A DNA stretch of 64,000 nucleotides, from positions 467,468 to 531,467 of the forward strand of contig CM082596.2 in NCBI GenBank assembly GCA_040954595.2, in the 5' to 3' direction. The position numbers and the translations under genes were made by a program. This stretch comes from Balanoglossus misakiensis (lineage: Eukaryota > Animalia > Hemichordata). This document shows, piece by piece, positions 13,622 to 30,624 of the stretch. The stretch's first letter is position 1; each line of letters starts with the position of its first letter. Under the pieces are notes generated by a model. That model saw nothing but the letters and a program-made list of their open reading frames with translations. It ran no database searches and was not told the origin of the DNA.

Positions 13622-13895
13622 CAGAAATGACAATATTCGACTTTGCGAATTTTCGAAATTTGGTCGATTTTTGACAAAAATCATGGGTTATAGCTCATGA
13701 AAATCATCCAGAAATGACAATTTTTCGACTTTGCGAATTTTCGAAATTTTGTCATTTTTTGACAAAAATCATGGGTTATAGCTCATGAAAATCATCCAGA
13801 AATGACAATTTTTCGACTTTGCGAATTTTCGAAATTTTGTCATTTTTTGACAAAAATCATGGGTTATAGCTCATGAAAATCATCCAGAAATGACA
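13591..13895 (+). repeat. Diverged satellite subfamily C (87-88 bp, ~3.5 copies)
   Basis: CATGGGTTATAGCTCATGAAAATCATCCAGAAATGACAATTTTTCGACTTTGCGAATTTTCG..., with CATGGG at 13595, 13682, 13770 and 13858. Confidence 0.95.
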
Positions 13896-13903
13896 GCACC
13901 GTG

Positions 13904-13945
13904 GTAATTTGAAACTTGTACATAGTAATTTGGAACTTGTACATA
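13904..13945. repeat. 21-bp tandem duplication at the satellite/unique boundary
   Basis: GTAATTTGAAACTTGTACATA followed by GTAATTTGGAACTTGTACATA. Confidence 0.85.
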
Positions 13946-14000
13946 CATGTATACATTTCACCCTATGTGAAAAGCGACAACATAAAAGATAAAAAAAAAA

Positions 14001-14070
14001 GACAACGTGGGTTTCGAACCCCAGTCCTTCAATCAGTAGGCCAAAACCTTAGCCACTGACCCAAGGTGAC
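14001..14070 (-). pseudogene. tRNA-like sequence (tRNA pseudogene or tRNA-derived SINE head)
   Basis: The - strand reads GTCACCTTGGGTCAGTGGCTAAGG...GGGGTTCGAAACCCACGTTGTC then T10. It has an A-box-like TGGGTCAGTGG, a B-box GGTTCGAAACC at tRNA-like spacing and an oligo-T terminator. The acceptor and anticodon stems do not pair well, so it is not a functional tRNA. Confidence 0.6.
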
Positions 14071-14140
14071 TGACTGTTTATTTGACCCAAAAAGTATTAC
14101 ATAATGATCAAACTCGTGAAATTTAAAAAAAATAAGTATG

Positions 14141-14193
14141 GCTCAGTCTCATTATAGTCAGTACTGTTAAAACTAACTATAATGAGACCGAGC
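14141..14193. other. 22-bp-arm inverted repeat / hairpin
   Basis: GCTCAGTCTCATTATAGTCAGT-actgttaaa-ACTAACTATAATGAGACCGAGC. The two mismatches become G-U pairs on the - strand. Confidence 0.85.
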
Positions 14194-14240
14194 ATTATTT
14201 CGATTCATAATTTCCACCGCAAAGCTATACCCTTGAAAAA

Positions 14241-14322
14241 TGTCGAAAAATGAGAAAATCTCCAAAGTTCGCAAAGTCGAGAAATAGTCATTTTTCGACA
14301 ATTTTCATGAGCTATAACCCAT
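14241..14322 (-). repeat. Isolated, diverged inverted satellite monomer
   Basis: Contains TTCGCAAAGTCGA and ATTTTCATGAGCTATAACCCAT, the reverse complement of the subfamily C core. Confidence 0.85.
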
Positions 14323-14474
14323 TGTTTTCCTGTACGACTTTTTTTGTGTGCTCAGAATTGTCTAAAAATTACCCTGTCTCCAAAAATATGCTGGATTAAT
14401 ATGTCGTATGTGGAATATCACTGCAGTTTAGTCAGAGAGAACACGGAAATAACAACAGGATAATAAAATCACGA

Positions 14475-14501
14475 TTTATTTTTAATTTCACTTGCTTTAT
14501 T
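14475..14501 (-). terminator. Candidate polyadenylation signals for RAR (two AATAAA on - strand)
   Basis: TTTATT at 14475-14480 and 14496-14501, implying a ~3-kb 3' UTR. There is no transcript evidence. Confidence 0.4.
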
Positions 14502-15123
14502 ACATGCACACCCTTTTAAGAGTGTAATGAGTAATGAAAATATACAACATGGGATCAGAGCTACATGTAGTATTCTCAACTTTTCCTATCACTGTCTCTG
14601 TATGTATGTGAAGTTCCTGTTGAAGAAGCATAAATACATGGCACAAGCAATATCATAAGATGTCAAAAAATTAAAAGGAACATTTCAAAGGAAAACCATA
14701 ATATAGTAGAATCCCTCAACTTTGTCAACACTACTATGTAGCTGCAAGCCCTGTTTTTAACAGGAGCTTTATATCTTTTTCTCATTTGTTTTTATATCTT
14801 TAAAAGATTACAATATATGACGTACACTCTGCAAACATGATTTTTTTTAGTTCAAAAGAATGCCTTTAAGACACATTTGTAATAATTAAAACATAAAACG
14901 TTACCAGTACTTTAAATGAAATATTTCATTTCATCACTGGTATGTCTTTGAAAGAAATGCTTACAAAGTTGATGTGTATATGTTTAAACTTTACAAATTA
15001 CTACTGAGACTATTCAATATAGTACTTAACAATGAGTAAGGTTAGGGCAACTTAAAGTATCAAAAATGGTTTGTCTCGACTCTTACTGAAGAAATCTACA
15101 GAACTGTTCAGAACACTTTTTCC

Positions 15124-15212
15124 TCAACCCTTTCACCCCAATTTCTATGTATAAAGGTCCAGTATTGAAAACAATGGGTTTGGACTCAACTATGGTGATT
15201 AAATTGGGTTAA
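15124..15212. mobile_element. Degenerate short MITE-like element
   Basis: Termini TCAACCCTTTCACC... and ...GGTGATTAAATTGGGTTAA resemble TTAA|CCC...GGG|TTAA (piggyBac-type) ends. Only one degraded copy is present in the window. Confidence 0.35.
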
Positions 15213-17467
15213 ACTAGGCTTACATGTCATATAAAGTAGAGGGTGCTGTTCAAATTGTGTGACAGCTGTACAATCTGTATCCTGATGGCTCACTTAACTC
15301 GAAATTGTTCAATGTGTGTATCAACGGTCATGAAGTATGCTTCTAGATTACACAATTCTTACTATACTGACATATTCCAATAGAAATCCACACTCTCCCT
15401 CGGTCAGTCGAGTATACATGTTCAGATACAATGAATAAATGATACAATGTGAAATGTCTTATTAACAAGTTTGATTCATGAATCAAACACTAAAAAAAAT
15501 ATCAATAACTGAAGATGTCAAACATGAGTCATCATTTGCCATTTTCTTTGCCAGAAAAAAAAACTTCATATCAAGGATTGTCTTTTGAAGTCACCTGACC
15601 TGATCACGTGGTCTGTGTTGTCAACTTTCTATCAGGAGGAAAAACTCCTTGAAGTTGCTGTTCAGAAATGGCTACTCTTGCACAGCTGGGTTGAGTCAAA
15701 TCATCTTACATGCCAAAATATGTCTCAAGTCAATCACTATAAATACACATGCAAAATGGGAAAATAAAGTGTCAATATTAATCTATAAGATTATCATTTG
15801 CTTTGCAAATGTGACTACTATGTCTTTGGTAACACAAGAAGTTGGATGAGTTGATATTAAAAAGGGTAAGAATTTGGAAAGTTGTACAATGCTGTAATAT
15901 TTCTTAGTCTCAACATGTTCTAAGGTTATATATATATATTATATACATGCACATTGACAAACAACGGGTACATCTGTTATACCTACTGACACACACACAC
16001 AACCTTCTTATAAGCAAATGCTACAATCACCATTTTTTGAAACTGTAACATCAAAAACTTGTGAAAACAAAACAGCTGAGCTACTTCTTAACAAGAAAAT
16101 AAAAACAGACATGACTGACATCACAGGAAATTAATACTGCAAACAAGTTTTTAAGTGCAACTTTCAATCTTGGATTCACTAATGTTGACATATAAATGAT
16201 TTTTCCCCCTACAAATTTCTTGTGTACATACACTTGTATGGCACTCAACAGAAAACAAACAAACATGGAAATGCTGCTTTACTAGATTTTAAAGAATATT
16301 AACCAAAGAAGTTACCATAAACAATCAATTACATGTAGTTGGTTAGGGTCTATATCACCATTTAAACTTGTGTGCATGTGATATGTTAAATGAATCACAA
16401 AATGGTTGTCATATGAGTGACCAAACTCCATGTAATAAAAGCATATATGACTCTTTATCTGGTGTTGAGATCAAATTCATGCAGTTGTCAAAATTCAAGA
16501 GATCACTTGGGTACACAAAACATGCTCCTGGATGATGTCATTGAACTAACTCATCTTGCATGATACTGACATCATCTCTGATGTGTCAGTTAAGAACAAT
16601 GACGTAGGATCATGACCTACTCCCACATTACATATGATGCTATTCTACATATTTACAATGTTTTGACTTTGGATGGTGTGGCAACTTTAACATAAAATGG
16701 TTGGGAATAATAATGATTACATGGTGAATATAAAGAACATGACAAATTCCTTTGGAACCAGTTTATAAAGAAATCTGATTGATGACGAGAAGTCTGGTTG
16801 ACAGTGAGAAATCTATCTCTACAATTCAGAAACCTGTGTCAAACAGTGCAACTAGTACAATTATGGGAAGAGAGTTATGATGTCATCAGTTGGCATGATA
16901 GCAGCAGCATCCCTTTGACTATCACCACGACAACAGGCCGACTCTAGAGTTCCATGAACACCAGATGATGAAGTTGTCTCGTGACGAGTACAACTGGGTT
17001 AACATGCAAATAGGAAAATCCATATTTCTATGTTCTTATGGTTTTGTTTGCACTGTGGTCCAATAAAATTAGGGTTTCTTCTATTAGTTGCTGCCACGAC
17101 TACTACAGGGTATATTTGGCACATTTCAGCATGTCTCTGTGCATATAACAGCTGGTACACTGAATTCCCCTAACTGTGGTATATTGACAAAGCATAATTT
17201 GATCGGCACTGTTTGGTAAGTTCAGGGTACTGCCATAGTCTTGCCTCTATCCCCACCTTCCTTCCTTCCCTGGCAATACCAAACACGGTTTGAAAACATC
17301 CAGGGATTATCAGGAACAAATTCCCTAAGCAGAATCACTCAGTCACTTTCCAGTTTCCTCATTGGTAGTCATTCGTAATGTTGCAAAGTGAGGAAGAAAT
17401 AGATTGAAATATACTCTTTCAGAGTAAAAGTAAAGTTCTTTTAAAAGTTGATATTTTGTGATGGCAC

Positions 17468-23290
<5,823 letters not shown>

Positions 23291-26200
23291 GCAACATTGG
23301 ATCAGGAAGTTACTGAGATTATGGCTAATGTTGTACCAACATCAAAACAAACTGTTGGGTAGTGGGTTGACCTTTAACCTTTGAACTTGTTAACTGCCAC
23401 TTCAGGTCAAGTCTTAAAGTGCTGCAAGCTTTATCATGTAGTCCTGTAAATCAGAAAACAGAAACACAGTTTTGTAACTATTAAAATGCTAAAATCAAAT
23501 TTTGATATACTCACAGAGGCAAGTTACAATTGGTACAACATAAACATTTAAAAAATACATGTATGCAAGGCAAGATGTCATAAGAACACCAGTCTCAATG
23601 TTGCAGGAACTTCTTAGTGTGGACACAGATTAAATCTAGTTCTGAGATATGATATTTTAAGCTGTGATTAAGTCCTAGATAAACTGTACAAATAAGGAAT
23701 TAGAAATGAAAACGGTATGTAGAACAGACATGAAAAACAGACAGCAAAGAGGAGCACATCCACCCACAATGTATGATCTCCCATGAAGCCAATCCAACCC
23801 TGCGGCAAACAGGATTATATATTTCTACTGATACCCTGGTTGTAACTTGTAAGGTTGAAATTACAATTCCAATAAAATTGAGGAAATACATATTCTCATC
23901 TTCTCTTCCCTGAAGCAGTCACAAACACGCTATTATGACGCATGCAAAGAATGGTCGTACATTCAGTAAATCGCTTTTTCAATTTCTCCAGATTTATCCC
24001 CCATGCCATCCATGTCACTGAAAACAATGGAACTACATCACACATCGAGGCAACACCCATAGGCTATACAAGAATTTCTGTTGGTTACTCTGGCTTTTTG
24101 GGTGGAAATAATATGTAAGGAGATCAACAAAATCTCAGTGTTTACAGTTAGATTTATAGCAGCAGAATTTTCATATCCCATCACATCAAAAACCTCTGCT
24201 TCATATAAGACTTCATGAAATTAATAAAAGACCTTCACAGAATACATTTCTCCTGCCCTATCTACAGCAATAAGATAAATGTGTCATAAAATGAAAGGGT
24301 CAAACATTGCATCTAGTTTTGACATTTTTAGATCTCACAAGATTGTCGGGAGTATACACACAAACAAGCCTTTGGCACAATCCCAGTAATCTGAACAAAG
24401 TTCTCCTTGACCTGTTGCAAGGGGTAAAAGTCAACTTACAGCTCTGGTGTCACAAAGGTTAGAAGTAACGTATGTGTGTGTCAAACGCTGGTTTTGTTCT
24501 AGACCAGTCACCATCGGTAACAGCTTCACTGACTGAATTCTGATGAGCTACGACGTCACATGTCTGTCGCCAGACAAGCCAAAAACATGACTGACACAAA
24601 TCTGACGACGACAAAAAACAATTTTCACAATCCCTCGCTTAAGCACCGCCCACAATCGCAAGCAGTAACCTCCACTGACCTCCACATGTACAAAGCTCAC
24701 ATTGAATCATTTGCATATACAACTTGTGTCCATATCAGCAGATGGCATAATTACATAATTATGTCACAAAAGCCAAATGTTGATCCATAGCAACAGCCCA
24801 GTCATCTATAACTCTGTAACTTCAGACATTTACTTGTCATATCAGCAGGCTATCGCGGAAACATGATGCCTTTTTTAAGTTTTACAACGGTAAAATTTCT
24901 TTTCTGAAAACAAATCAGCACCAGCCTGTTAACAAGAGCAGAGGTTATTGTGGAAATGCCAGCCAGCATCCAGGCAGTGTCTCGTCTGAAAACACATGAG
25001 AGCTGCTGACAAGACTATAAGCTGTTTGTGACACTGACAGATTTCATTTATATCAAACAACATAGAACACAGTAATATGATAAATTCTCACTGGTATAGA
25101 TCAGCTGTGCAGAGCATATTACTTTGAATAAAGATCTATCAATCATTCGGCTGTGAATAACTGTGATCTGAAATTGATTTCTGATATTAATGGTCCTATC
25201 ATTGGTTGTGTTACCCTGCAGTGTTCACTACAGTCCTCTGCATAATTTTCAAATCGGCAAAGCCACTGGCGACAGAGTTATTCCTTCAATTTGTTGAGAA
25301 AAGGCTTTTTGCGGAGTTAAAAAATGCTCAAAGTATTAATTCACAATTTCAGGATATGATCAGAGTTTAGTGAGGTTCAAATGAGCCTCAATGATGTTTT
25401 CAGGCAGTCTGGAGTCAACTTGGCAACTACCAAGTGAAATATACACAGAATACCCAGGAAATATCAATTACAATGAATGGATGAAATTTACATGTGGAAA
25501 CAAACGTAACACATGTTTTGAACATCATGCACTAAACCTTGCAAACATGATTCACCATATGTAAGCCCAATTTCCACAAAAGCTAAAATTTGTAACTGCA
25601 TGAGACAAGGTCAGAACAAGTTCCTTTGCTTCCTAGTTGTAGAGATAAAAAGATGATTAAAAGTTTACCTTTTCACAAAGAGTTTGACGGAAGGGAAGTA
25701 TCATACATTCTCTCCAGACTGCAAAATTTTGAGAAATGATTGTCAACCAGATCAACAAGATAAAAGGTTAATTGTAAGCCATGTGAATTCGGAGTCCTTG
25801 AAAAACCTACCAGTATGTACACAAGGACACAGGACAGAAAATTAACAAATCATTATCAATGACACAGTCCCTACTTGATCAACATTTAATGGTGTTGTAC
25901 ACACAGAGCCCAATATTAATTTTCTGGACAATATCTGTGGAGCCTAATTGCTTTGACCTTCCAGTAAGTCGACACAAACCCAGAACAATGACTGAAAATA
26001 ATTAAAACTTGGTTAGTATTAGTCAAAGCTGCATTGTGTATTAAGTGCATTATTGTTTGACAATATTCCCAACAACTTTGCAATAACAAGCCAGACGACA
26101 GCAGAAATCAATACGTGATCTTCAATTTATCAAGGCAAAACAACAACTTTTTTTATGGGCACCAAAAATGTAAAACAATATGTGCTTAGATAATATAATC

Positions 26201-29200
26201 ACAGAATGATGAATATCAGAAACATTTCTGTGCCTGGAAAATAAGGGAACAGAATCTGAAAAAGCCTTGCAGTCACATTTATGTCTTTTAGTAAACGGTG
26301 CAAGTCATCAGTTTGACATTTTCTCAGACAGCAACCTGCAGCAAGGATGTATGAAACCATTAAACATTCAGATTTTTGATTCTCGATAGTTTGTCATATT
26401 AAACCCTGGATTCTGGAGTTCCATCTGATTTAAATTTAATTGTCAAGTCTAACTTTGTAAGCAGGGTCAAAGGTTAAACTTGGAATGGAATCATGGGAGA
26501 TCTTCAAATCAAAGGGACAAGATTTCATCATTATTCTGTGCAGTTGTAAAAAACATAACATTGTGATACTAGGTCAAAGATCGACCAGAATACACTCTAT
26601 AACTATCCACTACTTGAACCTTGCCTTTCGGATATCTGGGTCTCCCAAATAACTCCCCACAAATTACGTCACATTTGACAGTATGGCCATTTGTAGCTGT
26701 AAGTTATTATTAAAACATACTTGAGACATACATGTATTCTGTACTATCCTGATTAACAAATAATGTAATTCACAGCAGAAATATTAGAAATTGTCAATTA
26801 TTCTAATTGTTGATTGAAAAGGTTGAAAATATCTGATGGAATAAAACGAATTATCTAACAAACTTTCTTGCTTAAAACCAGACACATCCCATTTTCCATT
26901 CCTTTTTCTGTTTAGCATAACAAGTGTATTGTTTTGTTTAAATCCCCAGCCAATCATGACAAAATATAGCAGAGCTATGGCAATTATTCTTATGAACTGA
27001 AATTTTGAACTGTCTACTGCCTTCATTTAGTTCAATGGCATCCCAGGAGTTAGTCACTGTCGCCTTGTCACAATACAATACTGTCTGCGCCTACATAAAA
27101 AGGTATAAACAAGACTTCTATATTTAAATACCACCTCATCATACCTGGAGTGTAGACTGTGTTGGCACAATACAGATGGAAAAAATTCTGACAATGTTTC
27201 AGTAAATTAATGTAAAGTCCATCAAGGTCTGTTGCATTGTTCCTATTTGGACAGAGACTTGGCAACAAACCGTGGCAAGGCCAAACCACACGACTAAACA
27301 AACACTTAACAAAGGACAAATTGTGATTTGTCTCTGTGCCAACTTGTCTCCTAAGAATGGAGAAATGTTCTGAGTATTATGCATAGAAGTACAAGCTTCA
27401 TGAGGAAACTGTATGAAATGACAAAGCTCACAAACAACATTCATTTTACATTTGCCTGCCAGATTTGGATTGAGATAAATCAAACAGGACATGATGCCAG
27501 AAACTATTGCAAGACCTTGCACAGAATGGCTTTGAAACTCTCAACATCCTTCTAGGAACATCCTGGTCAACAAGTACTGTGTCCTCACAATGAGAGTTTT
27601 AAACCTTTGAGTCAATTTGAGGAAACTTGCCAATTTCAGAATTCAGTGCAAAAATCCTTATGACTCATTTGAATAAAACAATTGACAGGAGAAACAGAAG
27701 TTGATGAAGCATATGAATGTCACAACATTTAACACAAAATATCAATATTTTACATAAAATTAATGTCATTACAGTATGGGTATATAGTAACAGACATTTA
27801 ACCATCTAAAGGCCTCAGGACTGAAGAACAGACTAGCTAGCAGGAAATCAAACATGATGAAAACAAAACACCAACAGCTACAGTCTGGGGCTTCAAAGCT
27901 CCAGAACTGTAATCACTTGACATTCTGTTCACTAGTTTTTGCAATATGCTAAGTACATGTACTGATGTAGTTTCTCGATCACATTTCTGGTGTATGTTAC
28001 AAATGGAGGTGTATATTTCAAATTTCTCACAGCCCTCTTTCCTGGCTACCCTTCACTCTGATTGAATGAGTTTGCTCAAAAGTTTCCAAATAAGTTTCAC
28101 CAAACTTCCTCATATGTTCACAGAAACAGCCTGTTCAATCAAGCAGAAGATAGTTCCTCATCTAGAATAATATTCTCTTCTGGAACATTTCATTTTGTTC
28201 AAACAACTGCATACTTTGTTGTTACATGTACAACAAAAATCATTAAAGGGCTAAAAGTTGTGATTATTAAGTCACATGTAGTCAAACTTTATCAACTTGT
28301 GACAAACAATCTTACTGAGTCGCATTTTGTGACCATCTTCTTAAAGTGATGACTAAAAACAGCAACATTTAAAAGGTGTATACATGTACATGTACAAGCA
28401 TTTAGTCTTTCAAAGTTTGCAAAATGTAGTTTACCTTAGTATCTATCCTGCCTTGTCCTAGCTTTGCCAAAACCCCAGACAAGCACACTGTATTGAACTT
28501 GAATGATGAACCATGACCTGATCACCCTGCTGAGAAGGCTGACCTAACCGGCGTCCCCATGAAAGCGATCAAAGTAGTGATTCTATTGATTGGACATAAG
28601 GTGATATGTGTTGTTGAGAAGGGAGAGGGGATGTATTGTCAGCATAAATCAGTCCCACCTTGACTATAACCTAATCAACATAGGATCAGACTCTGCGATT
28701 GACTTCAAGGTGATCTCAGTTAATGTCTCGGTTGGTGTCGGGTCATTTGCCAACAAGTTCAATGCATGATCGCTGGTTGTCCTTTTGACAGAACCGAGGC
28801 AAGTAAGGTAGGTTAGATAGTGGGCTAACAGAAGCACAACCAATACTGTAATAGGGAGGAAGTCCTATCTTTCTCCCCCTCCCCTGAATTCAATTATGTG
28901 AGTTTACCCTTTGACCTCTGCACTGAGGTCAACCAGAATTAGGGAAATAATAGACAATAGACGATGGCATTGGAGAAGATTTATCGGTCTGGGTATCCAC
29001 TGAATATATAGAACAGAAAGGAAAGTCAAATCACAGACTGTCTGAAATGTATCACAGAATATGTACATTTCTGGGTTGAACATTGGCTAGAGTGCATATA
29101 TGATTGAATAAAGCGCAAGTCAATAGGAATTAAATGTAATCAAAGCTGTGGGGGTCTTTTTGTAAATGATGTGAAAAGACTAAAAGATTACCATGCATTC

Positions 29201-29668
29201 AATATTACTGTATATGCTGCCACTAGTGCCAGTGCACTAATACATTTTGATATTTTATGTGAGAGACTGCGTCATCATACCTGCTAACTGAATATGTGAT
29301 ATGCCAATAGTCACCATAAAACTAAAAGACATGTTTAATGTGAATATGAAATCACTATTTGATCAACACAAGCATTCATAAAAACCCTTTTTCTAATATC
29401 GTGGTGGCAGCAAACAATAATATATCCATTATATACAATTGATCTCATTTTGCAGGTACCCAAATAATGATGCAAAGAGCACCCTATTTTAAGTTATCAA
29501 AAAATGGTGGTACTGTATTTGAGAATCAAGAAAGTTTACACACACATATATATACTTTTTGCAGAAGCCTTCTGAAAAGTTAACAAAACCAACAATACTA
29601 AGCAACACTATTATACCGTGTATGCAATTGCTAGGGAGCAAATGAAGGTGCAGGGATGGGCACGTTAC

Positions 29669-29675
29669 CTGCCAT
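29669..29675 (-). CDS. RAR: Alternative candidate RAR first coding segment (MA)
   Basis: catcATGGCAG|GTAACG has a good Kozak context and a phase-1 donor, giving [10 protein letters not shown]... Confidence 0.4.
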
Positions 29676-29699
29676 GATGTGTGTGAGTACTATTACCAA

Positions 29700-29746
29700 C
29701 TCTCTCTCTCTCTCTCTGGGTCTCTCTCCCCCTCCCCCTCCCTCCC
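29700..29746. repeat. (TC)n and C-rich tract near the RAR 5' region
   Basis: CTCTCTCTCTCTCTCT...CCCCTCCCCCTCCCTCCC. Confidence 0.8.
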
Positions 29747-30624
29747 TATCACCCCTACATCGATCAAACGTATGCATTTGGTTTCTACCTCACACAATGT
29801 AAACTGTATTCAAAACACTGCTATAGTAATCATCTTAGCACCCCTGTCATGTATATGACCGAACAGTGATCACTTTCTGTGTAAAGCAATGAACAAATGC
29901 TCTGTACATTACAGTGTACTATCGTGTCGCCATGCTTGTAATTTTCAGTCCTTCGACTCTTCACATATTGATTTGGCAAACTCTTGAAATAGGTAAAATT
30001 ACTGAAAACTTTAAAACCCACGTTTGCATTTTAATATAATCAAACCATTTTCAAATGCCACCAATCTGTTAGATGTTACTGTAAATAATTCGACAAGTTT
30101 ACTATAGTCTCATTACAAATGTTGGGATGTACCGACCTTGAGATCCGACCACAATGTCAGCAGGGCTGTTTTACAGAACCTCTATTGCCGCTGGTGGGTT
30201 CGTTTCAAACTGGATGCAACGACTCATAAATATGGCGATCTTTGGGACTTCTAAAGCGGGTTATTCTGCGACCTTTAGCGTCTTGATGTTCTTGCAAAGA
30301 CAGAAATGTAATCGCAACTCTCTTCCCCAGCAAAGTAAGAGCGCCATCAAAAAATAAACATACTAGGAATAGCTCCACCGATGTGTACTTTTACGACTAT
30401 TTGTTAATCCGCGAAGGAAATAAGTCCTCCGGTAACGTTCGTGATTGCAGCTTTTCTGAACAAAGTAGACACTTAATTTTTTCTTATAAGCTATAATCAG
30501 GCTAATAAGTAATTAAAGTAAGTTTTCAGGGGATTACAGTTCAAGTTATTCTATTTTAATTCACGCCGGGAAGCGAATGAATACTCTGTAGTTATCTAGT
30601 GTCTGGTTCCGATGTAGTGCTGAT

